Shown: one piece after another, positions 50,900 to 63,973 of the stretch
How the letters are laid out: each line of letters starts with the position of its first letter
Numbering within the stretch: position 1 is the stretch's first letter
Assembly: GCF_004010195.1 (NCBI RefSeq)
Contig: NC_057730.1
Span: forward strand, 41,327,034 to 41,391,033
DNA: 64,000 bases
Direction of reading: 5' to 3'
Source: Chiloscyllium plagiosum
Taxonomy: Eukaryota
The notes under the pieces: generated by a model
What the model saw: the letters and a program-made list of their open reading frames with translations, nothing else
Told to the model about the DNA's origin: nothing
The model's database searches: none
Made by a program: the position numbers and the translations under genes

Positions 50900-53760
50900 T
50901 AACATAGAACACAACAGCACAGGCCCTTCAGCCCTTGATGTTGTGCTGACCTTTTATCCTACTCTAAGATCAAACTATCCTACATACCCTTTATTTTACT
51001 ATCATCCATTTTTCTATCCAAGAGTCGCTTAAATGTCCTTAGTGTATCTGACTTTACTACCACTGCTAGCAGTGCATTCCACGCACCCACCACTCTCTGC
51101 GTAAAGAACTGATCTCTGACATCTCCCCATAACCTTCCTCCAATCACCTTAAAATTATGTCACCTTGTGATAGCCATTTGTGCCTGGATCCATTTTTCTA
51201 TCCAAGAGTCGCTTAAATGTCCTTAGTGTATCTGACTTTACTACCACTGCTAGCAGTGCATTCCACGCACCCACCACTCCGCGTAAAGAACTGATCTCTG
51301 ACATCTCCCCATAACCTTCTGCCAATCACCTTAAAATTATGTCACCTTGTGATAGCCATTTGTGCCTGGGAAAATGTCTTTGATTATTCACTCTATCCAT
51401 ACCTCTCATCATCTTGTACACCTCTATCAAGTCGCCACTCACCCTTTTTCACTCCAATGAGAAAAGCCTTAGCTCACTCAACCTTCTTCATAAGTCATGC
51501 CCTCCAGTCCAGGCAGCATCCTGGTAAATCTCCTCTGCACCCTCTCTAAAGCTTCCAGATCCTTTCTATAATGAAGTGACCAGAACTGAACACAATAATC
51601 CAAGTGATATCTAACCAGGGCTCTGGAGAGCTGCAGCATAACATCATGGCTCTTAAACTCAACCCTCCTGCTAATGAAAACCAACACACTGTACACCTTC
51701 TTATCAACTTGAGTGGCAACTTTGAAAGGTCTGTGGACATGGCACCAAGATCGTCTGTTCCTCCACACTACCAAGAAACCTGCCTTTAACCCTGTATTCA
51801 AATTCGACCTCCCAAAGTGAATTACTTTTCACTTTTCCAGGTTGAACTCCATCTGCCACTTATCAGCACAGCTCTACATCCTGTGAATGTCCTGTTGCAA
51901 CCTGCAACAGTGGTCCACACTATCCACCACCAAACTTTCTGTCATCGGCAAAGTTATTAACCCACCCTTCCACTTCCTCATCTAAGTCAGTTATAAAAAT
52001 CACAGTGCAGAGTTCCCAGAACAGATCCCTGCGGAGCACACTAGTCACTGAGCTCCAGGCTGAATACCACCCTCTGTCTTCTATGGGCCAGCTCATTCTA
52101 TATCTAGACAGCCAAATTTCCCTGCATCCCATGCCTCCTTACTTTCTACAGCATACGATGGGGAACCCTATCAAACACCTAGCTAAAGTCCATATATATC
52201 ACACCACTGCTCTACCTTCATCAATGTGTTTTGTCACATCCTCAAAGAATTCAAAAGGCTAGTGAGGCATGACCTGCCCCTCTAAAAGCCATGCTGACTA
52301 TCTCTAATCAAGCTATGCTTTTCCAAATAATCATAAATCCTCTCTCTCAGAATCCCCTCCAATAATTTGCCCACCACAAATGTAAGATTGACTGTTTTGT
52401 AATTCCCAGGATTATCCCTATGCCCTTTCTTGAACAAGGGAATAACATTTGCCACCCTCCAAACATCTGGCACTAGTCTAGCAGACAGTGAGGATGCAAA
52501 GATCATCGCCAAAGGCGCAGCAATCTCTTCCCTCGCATCCTGTAGTAAACTTGGGTATATCCTGTCTGGTCCAGGGGACTTACCTATCCTTTAGCTTTTC
52601 AAAGTTTTCAGCACATTCTCAACCTATTAGAGCAGATCAGCCTGTTTCACACTGTCCTCACAAATGATAATGTCCCTCTCAGTATTGAATACTGAAGCAA
52701 AGTATTCATTTAAGGGCCTCCTCTACCTTCTCCTACTCCAGGCACAAGTTACCTCCACTATCCCTGATTGGCCCCACCCTCACACTGGCCATCCTCTTGT
52801 TCCTCACCTAAGCATAGAATGCCTTTGGGTTTTCCTTAATCCTACCCACTAAAGCTTTTTCATGCCCCCTTCTAGCTCTAAACCCATTGTTCAGTTCCTT
52901 CCTGGCTACCTTGTAACCCTCGAGCCCTGTCTGATCCTTGGCTCTTCAACTGTAAGTAAGCTTCCTTCTTCCTCTTAACTAGATGTTCCACATCCCTAGT
53001 CACCCAAGGTTCTTTCAACCTACCATCCCTTCCTTGCCTCAGTGGGACAAACATTTCCAGCACTATCAGCAAGTGCTCTCCAAACAACCTCCACATTTGT
53101 GTTGTGCATTTTCCTGTTCCTAATTTAGGCACCCAAGTTCCTGTGTAATAGCAATGTAGTTTCCCTTCCCCCAATCAAATAATTTCCCATACCATCTGCT
53201 CCTATCCCTCCATGACTATAGTAAAGATCAGGGAGTAGTAATCGCTATCACCAAAATGCTCTCCCACAGAGAGATTGGACACCAGGCCTGGTTCATTGCC
53301 AAGTCCAATATGGCCTCCCCTCCAGATAGCCTATCTACATATTGAGTCAGGAATCCTTCCTGGACTCACCTGACAAAAACTGCTCCATCCAAACTATTTG
53401 AACTATGGAGGTTCCAATCAATATTCGGCAAGTTAGTCACCCATAACAACAGCCCTGTTACTTCTGCACCTTTCCAAAATCATCTTCCCAATCTGCTGCT
53501 CCATGTCTCTGTTGCTATTTTTTAGATTACTTACAGTGTGGAAACAGGCCCTTCGGCCCAACAAGTCCACATCGACCCTCCGAGGAGCAACCCAACCAGA
53601 CCCATTCCCCTACATTTACCCCTTCACCTAAGGGAATCGGTTGAAAACTCCCAATAAAGTGACTGCTCCTTTCCTGTTTTTGACTTTCACCCATACTGAT
53701 TCTGTAGACAAACCCTTCTTGACGACCTCCCTTTTTGCAGTTGTGATAATGTCTCGATAA
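50900..53760 (-). mobile_element. Long CR1 LINE fragment with an internal tandem duplication and a nested SINE tail (53524-53632)
   Basis: WRVANVIPLFKKG, SQHGF, NFADD, YCVQFWS and ERVQRRFTRMLP motifs on minus. Confidence 0.92.
51004..51369. repeat. ~184-bp tandem duplication (51004-51187, 51188-51369)
   Basis: Two near-identical head-to-tail copies. Confidence 0.92.
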
Positions 53761-54066
53761 CATTCCAAACTGTGAATAAAAGTTTATAATTTATTTTTAT
53801 AATTTGGGAATTGGATTGTAGAAGTAAAGGGTTTCTGGTTTTAGTTCTATGAAGGTGGCTAATATTTTTGTGCAGAGTTCAAATATCATTTCCAAGAATG
53901 CACATGATTTAAGCTAAATTACTAAACAATATACATCAGTTAATTAATGAAATGTTTACCTTTTATGACAGAGTAGGTTTTACTTGGCAAGAACAGTTTC
54001 ATACCAGAACAGCAGTCTAGTTTGTAGCAGTACAGTACAAGCTTTCAGAGCTGAAAGAAATTGTGA

Positions 54067-54366
54067 AATTAGATTAGAAACAGGCCCTTCGGCCCAACAA
54101 GTCCAACCTGACCTTCCGAAGAGCAACCCACCTAGACCCATTCCCCTACATTCACCCCTGACTAATGCACCTAACACTACAGACAATTTAGCATAGCCAA
54201 TTCACCTAACCTGCACATCTTTGGACCGTGGGAGGAAACCGGAGCACCCGGAGGAAACCCACACAGAGAGAATGTGCAAACTCCACACAGACATTTGCCC
54301 GAGGTGGGAATTGAACCCGGATCCCTGGCTCTGTGAAACAGCAATGCTAACCACTGAGCCACCGTA
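54067..54366 (-). mobile_element. HE1-like V-SINE
   Basis: Reverse complement of the full SINE. Confidence 0.9.
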
Positions 54367-54699
54367 AAGCCCATAATTATTTTAGCAGTTTTAGTAGACT
54401 GAGCATTTCCTCAAGTTGAATTATTAGAAGTTGGTGAAATGATCAGTGTCTTGTGTATCTCTGGAAGAGACAGTAATGGAGAGAATCACATCTGGTAAAT
54501 GGATAGAAAATTGCCAAAGGAAATGCAATCTCGACAGTGAAGTAAGAAATTAAAGAGTTAAAACTGGGTTAAAAGTCTGTAAAGGATACTGCTAGAAAAA
54601 GGGTTGAATATTTCTTTTGATGTTTATGTTAAGATCTTTTATAAATGGTCCAAGATATAGCTGTTTTGTGTAATAAACTTGCGTTCTTTTATTAAAAAT

Positions 54700-55580
54700 A
54701 TGTTCAGTCACTGAAGACCATGGCAGCCAAACATGAAATGTAAAACTAATGACCTGTCAAGCCAGGTTTCACGCTGAGATCTGACTTGTTAGTCGTGTTA
54801 GCAGCTGGGATCATAACATTATAAATAATACCTGTGTTGGCAAATAATGTTTTAATGGTTGCAAACAATCTGGTATGATTGTCAGTATCAGGAAGATATT
54901 TGTCATAGTCCATATTGTTGGCACACCACCATCTATCAGTTTTGATAATATGCAAGTTCCTGACGGCTTCCCATGACTAAGCTCCACCTTATCACTTGAT
55001 GCTAAAATCAATACACATCATAAACTCTGCAGCTATGTCATGCCCAAGCTGAGTGAGTCTGAAACATCAGAATCCTGACTGAGAACACCAAACTGTGACC
55101 CTGTCAAGCATATCTCCCAAGTGCATTCCTCAACATTTGCGAGGAAGCAGAAAAACCTCAACAGCTTCCATCTTTGCTATGTTAAATGTATTTTCTTCAC
55201 ACCCACTAATCCCTTCATGCATTGCTTAATCAACATCGGCACTGGTTTAGCTATGTTGATCACACGAATAACTGCAATACACCTGAAGGTCTTCTGGACA
55301 ATGAACTGGTCACTGAGTCACAAATTCCTGGGGCATCCATATCTCTACCACAAAGACATCAGCATGAAGATGGCAGATGTTAGCAGTGACAACTGAGACA
55401 CCAGTTGATATCTATCACCACTAGAGGTTGAATGTTTGTAGAAAAAAAATAGTAGTACAACAGAAAACAGACCAACAAATACTACATCACCTCAATCTAA
55501 TGGCTTCCTCTGCAGCAAATGAGACTACTATGCCAGGGTATCTAAGCCATAAACAGGAAATGTTTCACAAAGAGTTGACC
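54700..55580 (+). mobile_element. RTE-clade LINE remnant
   Basis: Broken frames LTENTKL.., ARKQKNLNSFHLCY and GHPYLYHKD..MKMADV resemble the RTE RT C-terminal region. Confidence 0.62.
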
Positions 55581-55834
55581 ACTGTGGCACAAACCCCATC
55601 TTACACATAATAAAGAAATGTAGCTAATTTGCACAAAGCAATGTGATGACGACCAGATGAATTAATGATATTAAGGAATAAAGATTGACCATTCAACATA
55701 ACATCCTTATTGTTCTTCAAAACAGGGCCAAAGCATCACTCAAATCTAGCCAAGCCAGCAAATGGGTATCAGTTTATCATCTATGAAAGATTGTACCATT
55801 GACACTGTTGTACTGCTTCTATGTTGCACTAAAG

Positions 55835-56695
55835 TCATAGAGATGTGTAGCATGGAAACTGTCCAACTTGTCCATATTGACCAGATATCCTAGATAAATC
55901 CAGTCCCATTTGCCAGTATTTAGCCTGTAGCCCTCAAGCCTTCCTATTCATATACACATTCAGGTGCCTTTTAAATGTAGTAATTGTACCAGCATCTACC
56001 ACTTCCTCTGGAAGCTCATTTCATACATACACCACTGTCTGCATGAAAAAGTTGCCCTTTAGGTCCCTTTTAAATCTTTACCTTCTTACTTTAAACCTAT
56101 GCCATCTCGTTGTTGACTCTCCCATCCCAAGGAAAAGACCTTGTCTATTCACCCTATCCATGCCTCTCATGATTTTATAAATCTCTAAGGTCACCCCTCA
56201 GTCTCCAATGCTCCAGAGAAAACATCCTCAGCCTATCCAGCATCTACCAATAGCTCAAATCCTTCAACCCTAGCAACATGCTTGCAAATCTTTTCTGAAC
56301 CTCAAGTTTCGCAACATCCTTCCTATAACAGGTAAACCAGAATTGCACACAGCATTCCAGAAGCGGCCTAACCAATGTTCTGTATAGCTGCAACATGACC
56401 TCCCAACTCCTATACTCAATGCACGGACCAAAAAAGTCAAGCATATCAAACGCTGTCTTCACCATCCTGTCTACCTGTGACTCCACTTTCAAGGAACTAT
56501 GAACGCTATGCACTCCAAAGTCTCTTTGATCATCAACACTCCCCAGGACCTTACCATTAAGTATGTAAGTCCTATTCTGATTTGCCTTTCCAAAATGCAA
56601 CACCTCACATTTATCTAAATTCTACCATTCCATCTACCAGCTACCACTCCTCGCCCATGGGCCCATCTGATTAAGATCCTGTTGTACTCTGAGGA
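55835..56695 (-). mobile_element. CR1 3' fragment
   Basis: ORF 56244-56603 (LHFGKAN, LYRTLVRPLLECCVQFW). Confidence 0.9.
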
Positions 56696-56897
56696 ATGTC
56701 AGGCTCTATTTTTTCACTCAACCTTGGAGTGTTTTGGCAAGGAAGAGTGCAGGATTCCATTTGTTTAATGTGACAATTTATGGTGGATTGTCCACCACTA
56801 GTTACATACAGTGTCTTGTGAAAATAAATTTATACCCGGTGTAACAAACAACAATTCAGTAAATAGTCAGCTGATACAGGATCTTTATGGTTTTGGA

Positions 56898-57785
56898 TTA
56901 GAACATAGAACAATATAGCACAGAACAGGCCCTTCGGCCTTTGACGTTGCACTGACCTGTGAACTAATCTAAGCCTATCCCCCTACACTATCCCATCATC
57001 ATCCATATGCTTATCCAAGGATTGTTTAAATCTTCCTAATGTGACTGAATTAACTACATTGGCAGGCAGGTCATTCGACACCCTTACCACTGAGTAAACA
57101 ACCTGCTTCTGACATCTGTCTTAAATCTATCACCCCTCAATTTGTAGTTAGACCCCCTTGTACAAGCTGACATCATCAACCTAGGAAAAAGACTTTCACT
57201 GTCTACCCTATCTAATCCTCTGATCATCTTGTATGTCTCTATCAAATCCCCTCTTAGCCTTCTTCTTTCCAATGAGAACAGACCTAAGTCTCTCAGTCTT
57301 TCCTCATAAGACCTTCCCTCCCGTCCAGGCAACATCCTGGTAAATTTCCTCTGCACCTTTTCTAATGCTTCCATATCCTTCTTATAATGAGGCATCCAGA
57401 ACTGTAAACAATATTCCAAGTGCGGCCGCACTAGCGTTTTGTATAGTTGCAGCATGACATTACAGCTCCAGCACTCAATCCCTCTACCATTAAAACCTAA
57501 CATACTGTATGCGTTCTTAACAGCACCATCAACCTGGGTGGCAACTTTCAGGGATCTACGTACATGGACTCCAAGATCCCTCTTCACATCCACACTACCA
57601 TGAATTCTTTCATTGACCTAGTATTCTGCCGCCTTGTTATTCTTCCCAAAGTGACTCACCTCACATTTATCTTTATTGAACTCCATTTGCCACCTCTCAG
57701 CCCAATTCTGCAGATTATCCAAGTCTCTCTGCAACCTCCAACATTCTTCCACACTGTCCACCACTCCTCCGATTTTAGTGTCATA
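56898..57785 (-). mobile_element. CR1 3' fragment (second subfamily, well preserved)
   Basis: ORF 57084-57593 LYKTLVRPHLEYCLQFW..SLERRRLRGDLIETYK. Confidence 0.93.
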
Positions 57786-58357
57786 AGTTCTCAATTTACT
57801 ATTTGCTCATTCTAGACACTTTAATAATCTATGACATCAACCTGAATAAGAAAGTGGACTGGAACCTAAGCTTAACACTGAATGACAGATGAAACGTGTT
57901 TCTCTCCCTTTTTCCCCACTCTTTCTGTATAAATTCCTCACTTTAAACTGTCTGATAGCATTAGCAAGAAATGAACTTTCTGTGCCCCTGGAGCTGGAAT
58001 TATAGTCATACTGTAAAAAAAACTCATGAAGTCTTACACTATGATTTTAATAAGGAGGGGGAAATTGAAAATTTCACACCAAATTCCTTTAGCAATTGAT
58101 TCAAGGTAAAGAGATCACAAGGACAAGGCATGCAAGATTAAGAGTGGAACTACTCTACATTTTTCGGTCATGTTATCTGTTCTTCTCCAACCGAACCCCA
58201 CCCAACTAAAGATATCAACTGCCAGCACAGCAGGGATCTGCCTAGTTCAATGTTGCATTTCAAAGCTTTTTAGAACCAATTTCATTTGCACAAACATGCA
58301 TTCAAGCACAGTATCCAAAGTCACTGCTCCTTAAATATCAAACTTTTATCTAATATC

Positions 58358-58363
58358 TTTATT
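58358..58363 (-). terminator. Probable DHRS7B polyadenylation signal
   Basis: AATAAA on minus ~750 nt after the stop codon. Confidence 0.55.
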
Positions 58364-58646
58364 TGTTTTACAGAAACATAATATACTTAAAGTTTGTAAA
58401 CAAATTTACACATTTAAATACTTCAGATGCTGTAGTTGCAACACAAACTCAGTCTGGCTCTGCTTCCTGGGGCAGACAATGACAACGACAACAGAACAAA
58501 GTGGAGTAAGAATCTCTGAAGGATATAATTTCAGTCCACTCCGATTTTGACTAGATTTGGATGTTCATACCTGCTTGCAGTTCAAGTTCAACATCTGTGC
58601 AAAGCATTTTCAACTTCACACTGACATTAAAACTGAGATATGAATA

Positions 58647-58862
58647 CAGTCAGTTCTGCTATAATGCGTGTTTCTTCAACACGAATTGGCTTTATCGTGA
58701 CTGAAGAATTTAGACCGTTATTTGTAGATGTGAACTATACTTATCTCTATCGGCTATAATGTGATTCTGGCCCCATTAGTTTAAATGGCGTGGCTATTGC
58801 ATGATTTTCTTATAACGAGATTGCATGAGAATGGAACTATCGCGTTATATCAGAACCGACTG
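58647..58862. mobile_element. Tigger/pogo-like MITE in the probable DHRS7B 3'UTR
   Basis: ~22-bp TIRs cagtcagttctgctataatgcg / cgcgttatatcagaaccgactg, TA on both sides; second copy at 62295-62513. Confidence 0.88.
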
Positions 58863-59110
58863 TACAATGTTATATATTTGTTCTGCTCTTATTTACTCAC
58901 AATGTAGGTTTTGATTTTTTTCTTTAATCTCATGCTCAATATTAATTTATCCTGATTTCAAGAGTTTCAAAAACAAAATGAGTTCAGGAGATATATTTGG
59001 AAACAAATGTTCAGCAGTCAGTGTAGAACCGAGTTGCAAAGTAATGGCACCAAGAGGCCTTAACAGTAACGTTCATGGAGAAAAAGTGAGTTAGGGCACC
59101 CCAGACAAGG

Positions 59111-59316
59111 TTAATTATCCTTCATCTTGCGCTCTTTCTTAGCTCTGGCTGTCATAATAGGAAAGAAGAGACTCGGAATCAAAGTTCGCAAGTAAACTGC
59201 GACTGTCGGCAGAAATCCAGCTAGCAGAACATCCTTCTTCCTCCTGCACACAGCCGTTAGAACAGCTTCAGCAACAACACGAGGTTCATAGCCTTCTGCT
59301 GTATTCTTGTCCATCA
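59111..59316 (-). CDS. DHRS7B: DHRS7B last coding exon
   Basis: Acceptor ..gaaaccag|TG; VMDKNTAEG..VAEAVLTAV..KDVLLA..AVYLRTL.P.LFF.IM..RAKKERK matches the DHRS7B C-terminus; TAA at 59111-59113. Confidence 0.93.
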
Positions 59317-60170
59317 CTGGTTTCAAATGAAGAAAAACAAGTAAATGAAATGACCGGTCACCACCTCATTACATTTCTTATGCAATCTTAACCAAATGCT
59401 TTACTATCAAATTAAAAATCCAAGCCACTGGTCTGAGGCTCAAAGTGCAGAACGTTACAGAGGTCTAAATGGTGTACTGTTCTTCCTTATTCTTATGGTG
59501 AGAGTAGGAAAGACAAGGATATTGATCAAGTTGGAAAAGAACAAACACATTTATAACAAGCCAGATGATTCTTCTTTCCAGTATCTAAACAATGCTCTCA
59601 GTTGATCCAAATCTCTTCAGCCTGTCTGCAATTAAAATAAGTTCATTGATTCACGTTGCATCTCAGAGCAGCAATGCCTTTTTAACCTCCCCCAGGTTTG
59701 CAACCTTCCAAGATCTCTAGTCATCCAACTGTGTATCCTCACTTTACTTTGATTGACCACTGGTAACCATGCACTCTGGGATTCCTTCCCTAAATACCTC
59801 TGCCTCTCCATCTCCCCTACCACGTTTCTTAAAGGCCACCTCTTTGACCTTCATCAGATCAGTGTCAATTGTTTTCCTGGATAATGTTCCTTTGTTTTTT
59901 AAAATGACAAAATATTTCACTCTGTCAAAGGTGGCATATCAATGCAATTCATGGTTGCTTCACAAAGGATTTATGTATGTTTTTATGTATATACAGAAAG
60001 ATTTTTAATAGAGAATGAAGCTGCCATCTTCTACAATTTAAGTGACTCCTCGATCCCCATTTATCCCCTCAAATTCTTCCAAATAATGACATTACAGACA
60101 TTGGCAGTAACCTATCTGTAAATGAGATCCTCACACGATATAAAACAATTCAAAGTAATTAAAAGCATAC

Positions 60171-60323
60171 CACCATACTTGGATCCATTCCCAGTCACCG
60201 CATTCAGGGAAAGGTTGGTGCGGATATATCCTGGACTAATTATAGTCACCTTAACTCCGTACTGCTCTACCTCTGCTCGTAGACAGTCAAAGAAAGCTTG
60301 GGTAGCATGCTTAGATGCTGCAT
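60171..60323 (-). CDS. DHRS7B: DHRS7B penultimate coding exon (catalytic YxxxK)
   Basis: ttcttgttccag| [51 protein letters not shown] |gtatgc; 153 nt, phase 1/1. Confidence 0.95.
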
Positions 60324-60699
60324 CTGGAACAAGAAATTAGAAATTTGTCATTGGAATTTGTCCAGAAGAAGAAGGTATCTTAAAATTCTCTCTCTGAACT
60401 AAAGGCGACAATTAGAAAGCTTAAAGTCAGTGTAGTTTACTTAATATTTTGCCACAACATAAATATCAAGAGTTGAACAATCTACTAGCACAGGGTTTAT
60501 ATAATTACAGTATCTGAATAACACATGCTGTAATTAATTTACAAATTGGCCAGTAACTCTAGGGGAAGGTTAAACACGTGGTGATTCACTATTCACCACC
60601 AGTTGCTGAAAGGCTTCATGAAAGTTGCTGCCTGTCTTTACCCTGAGTTTCATGAAGTTGCTGCATTTTCATATTAATTGTCTTTTAAACATGCTTGAT

Positions 60700-61720
60700 A
60701 TCTCAAAGTGAAGACAGACTTTGTTTCCAAAGGAATTATGTAGTGGTCACTTCTAATGGTACTATCACAGGCAGATGCACCTACTACAAATAGATTGGTG
60801 ATGACATAGCTAAGTATATTTTTCCCTACCATTGGTTTCCTCAATTACCTGCCGCAGACCTAGTCTAGCAATTATGTCCTTTGGGACTTGACCAGCTTGG
60901 TTAGTAGTGGTGGGACCAAGTCAATCGTAGTGATGGAAAATTACTATACTCTGGGTGAGGAATTCAATGTCCTGCCACCCTCAGAAATTCTTCCAAGTGC
61001 TGTTCAAGATGAGTACTGATTCAACAGCTGAAGAGAGTCTGAGTGTGCTGCGAGGAGGTAATCGGCAGGATTGTCTGCGATTGACTTGATGCCATGAGAT
61101 ATCATGTGGTCTAGAGTCAATGTGGAGGACTTTTGCATCACTGTAGCACCAGTTGTGCTGGGTCTGTCTCATCAGTGGAACAGGATATGCAGAGGGATTG
61201 TGCTGTCTGGAACAGAGTCATTCACTTGGACTTACACTTGTAGACAATGTCGGACTATTGTTTAACTAAGCCATGGCACAATTCTCCCAATTTTGGCACA
61301 AGCCCCCAGATGTTAGCCAGGAAAACTTTGCAGTATTGACAGGGCTGAGTTTGCCATTGTCATTTCTGGTACTTTGGTTGATGCCGGGTTGTCCATCTGA
61401 TTTTATTCCTTTTAATCAGACTACATAGCAGCTGGAAAGAATTGAGTGACTTTCTAGGTCATTTCACAGGGAATTTTAAAGAGTCAATCACATTGCTGGG
61501 TCTGGAGTAATCTGTTGGCCAAGATCAGGTGTGGATGAGATTCTTAGCAAATGGCTTACGACAAGTGACAATATTTCGATCATGAGACCAATTATTTTTT
61601 AAATTCCTGATTTTTGTTAATCAAATTCCATCATTAGTGATGGTATTCAAACCCATTCCCCTTGAGAATTACCCTGGATCACTGGACTATTGATACCATA
61701 ATGCCATTGTCCTCCTTTAA
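60700..61720. mobile_element. Degraded LINE/SINE composite in a DHRS7B intron
   Basis: Endonuclease-like remnant (aattcaatgtcc..) joined to the repeat also seen at 3200-3520. Confidence 0.5.
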
Positions 61721-61796
61721 TGTGTTACTTAATCATACTGGTGGATGAAATACAGTACGTATAAACAAAAAGTGATGAATGCTTCACCATACTTAC

Positions 61797-61889
61797 AAGC
61801 AGATCGAAACGGAATTGCTATTTTCCCTTGGACACTACTAATCACTGCAACATGTCCACTTCTTCTTTGCACCATGGAAGGCAGGATGG
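61797..61889 (-). CDS. DHRS7B: DHRS7B internal coding exon (catalytic Ser); upstream exons lie outside the window
   Basis: ccttgcag| [30 protein letters not shown] |gtaagt; 93 nt, phase 1/1. Confidence 0.95.
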
Positions 61890-62294
61890 CTGCAAGGTTA
61901 AGTGATTGACATATAGTTAAGACATTGCATAGTGGTGCCTTGCACACCAACCAGCAGCTCTTAACAATGAATCTAACACTTCACTATGGGGATCATTATC
62001 CAGACAGAGCAGACCCTCAACAGCAGCTGTTACACAAGCTAGCATGAAGAAACAATGGTGCTCCATGGTCTGTGCTGTGAACTTCATCCCTTAGCAGCTT
62101 TCCAAATATTACAGTGATTTTGTTCTGTGTGCAGATGAGTCTTTAAAACCAGTTGCCCACCAAGCCATACATTTTTCTGAATTGAAACTAGCGTAGTTGT
62201 CGTTCCTTCACTGCCACAGTATAAAAATCCTGTAATTCCCTTCCTAAACATCACTGCGTGTTATTACAACACGTGGACCGCAGCGGTTCAAGTA

Positions 62295-62513
62295 CAGTCA
62301 GTTCTGCTATAATGCACATTTTTTCAACGTGAATTAGCTATAACGTGATTGAAGAATTTAGACTATTATTTGTAGAACACTAACTTTCCGTACCTTTATT
62401 GGCCTTAACACAATTCTGTTCCCATTAGTTTAAATGGTGCTCCTGTTATGCAATTTTCTTGTAACATGGGATTGCACAGGAAGGGATCTATTGCATTATA
62501 TTAGAACAGACTG
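62295..62513. mobile_element. Tigger/pogo-like MITE (copy 2) inserted at TA within a LINE 3' end (~62140-62560)
   Basis: TA flanks 62293-62294 and 62514-62515; host sequence cagcggttcaag|..|ggtagctcatcac..aagggcaattag is split. Confidence 0.85.
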
Positions 62514-63694
62514 TAGGTAGCTCATCACTATCTTCTTAAGGGCAATTAGAATGTATAATAATTAACTGTAAAACAGTGACCTATTAACTGAGCCCCTCAA
62601 AGAATCTGTACATAGACCATTCTATGGAAATCATTGTCGTTTAATCAAAGAAGAATGTCAAAACGTATTGATGCTTAGTTTTTCAGAGCTTCAAGTATTT
62701 TGCAGATATGACATTAAAGTGAACAACTTAATTCCATTTTACTAGAAGAAGACCTTTATTCTGTTTCTGGTGGTTGAGCACCATCTAGTGATCATCCAGA
62801 GTAAAACTGCAGAACTCCACTGATTCAGATGACCTCAATGGATTTTATTCATTCTGTGGCTTGGCCGTCACACTCAGATTGCCATACACTCCTGTTTTGT
62901 TCCTATCAAGAGCTCCACATTTCTAGCAGGAGATTCTAGTAGAAGACAGCAAGGGCACAGCTGTTGCATCTGGGTTGGGACTAATGCCAGGTGGGATTAG
63001 GGAAAGGAGGGCCTGTGGGGGAGGTGTTGTTGAGGGTGTGTGTGTTAGTTTGGAAGTTAGACTAAGTAACTACTAACTGCAGAGAACTCTCCAAATTTTC
63101 TGATTTAAATGGTCTCTTTGGGACAGTTCCAGTTGTAGGGGAATTGCCAATTGAAATCTTCAATTCTCTGGGCAATTCCTTCAGAGTTTGCTAAATCAGG
63201 GATTCCGCAGGGTCCTGAAGTTCACCTCCCATCTATACTGCAGAAATGACTATAAGGCCACCAGAAAATCTGGCCCAGTTTGTTATTAATTTATTTCTGC
63301 CCCTGCTCTCGAGAAGAGGTTAATCCATGTTCATCTGCAGTTTTCAGCTATTAGGAAGCTATTGATCCTTGTTCGATTGCTCACTTAAGTATGAACATGG
63401 ATACAGAGTCTTGGTAACTAATTGATCACAGACAGAATCCTAGCCCACTGCAATGTCAACTTCATTTGACACATACAAACTCCTGCATTTTGTAACAAGC
63501 ATCAATGGATAGCAATTGGCAGACTTCACCCCAAATGCACCCCTTTCCACCCTGCACACGTGAGCCATATAGCCAATTATAGCACCCCAAAGCAGTTTAG
63601 CAATATTGGTGGAGATAATTATCGGTCAGGAAACCACAAATAACTCCCTTGTTTGGATGCAGGTTTGCTCGCTGAGCTGGAAGGTTCATTTTCT

Positions 63695-63728
63695 GACGTT
63701 TCGTCACCATACTAGGTAACATCTTCAG
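63695..63728 (-). ncRNA. Minimal hammerhead core (family C), sense to DHRS7B
   Basis: CUGAAGA-U-GUUACC-UAGUAU-GGUGAC-GAAA-C-GUC; proximal stem I is mismatched. Confidence 0.6.
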
Positions 63729-63889
63729 TGAGCCTCGGGATGAAGCACTGGTGGTGTAACCTGCTTTCTATTTATATGTTTGGGTTTCCTTGGGTTGGGG
63801 ATGTCAGTTCCTGTGGTGACATCATTTCCTGTTGTTTTTCTCAGGGGGAGGTAAATGGGTTCCAATTTAATATGTTTGTTGATAGAGTT

Positions 63890-63973
63890 CCAGTCCCAGT
63901 GTTGTCCCAGTCGAAATGGTGTCCTTCCTCACCAGTCCCAGTGTTGTCCCAGTCGAAATGGTGTCCTTCCTCA
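63890..63973. repeat. Perfect 42-bp tandem duplication
   Basis: ccagtcccagtgttgtcccagtcgaaatggtgtccttcctca x2. Confidence 0.95.

Noticed and set aside
865-57785. RT-like ORFs as functional genes or an active LINE
   Set aside because: All copies are truncated and broken by stops or frameshifts.
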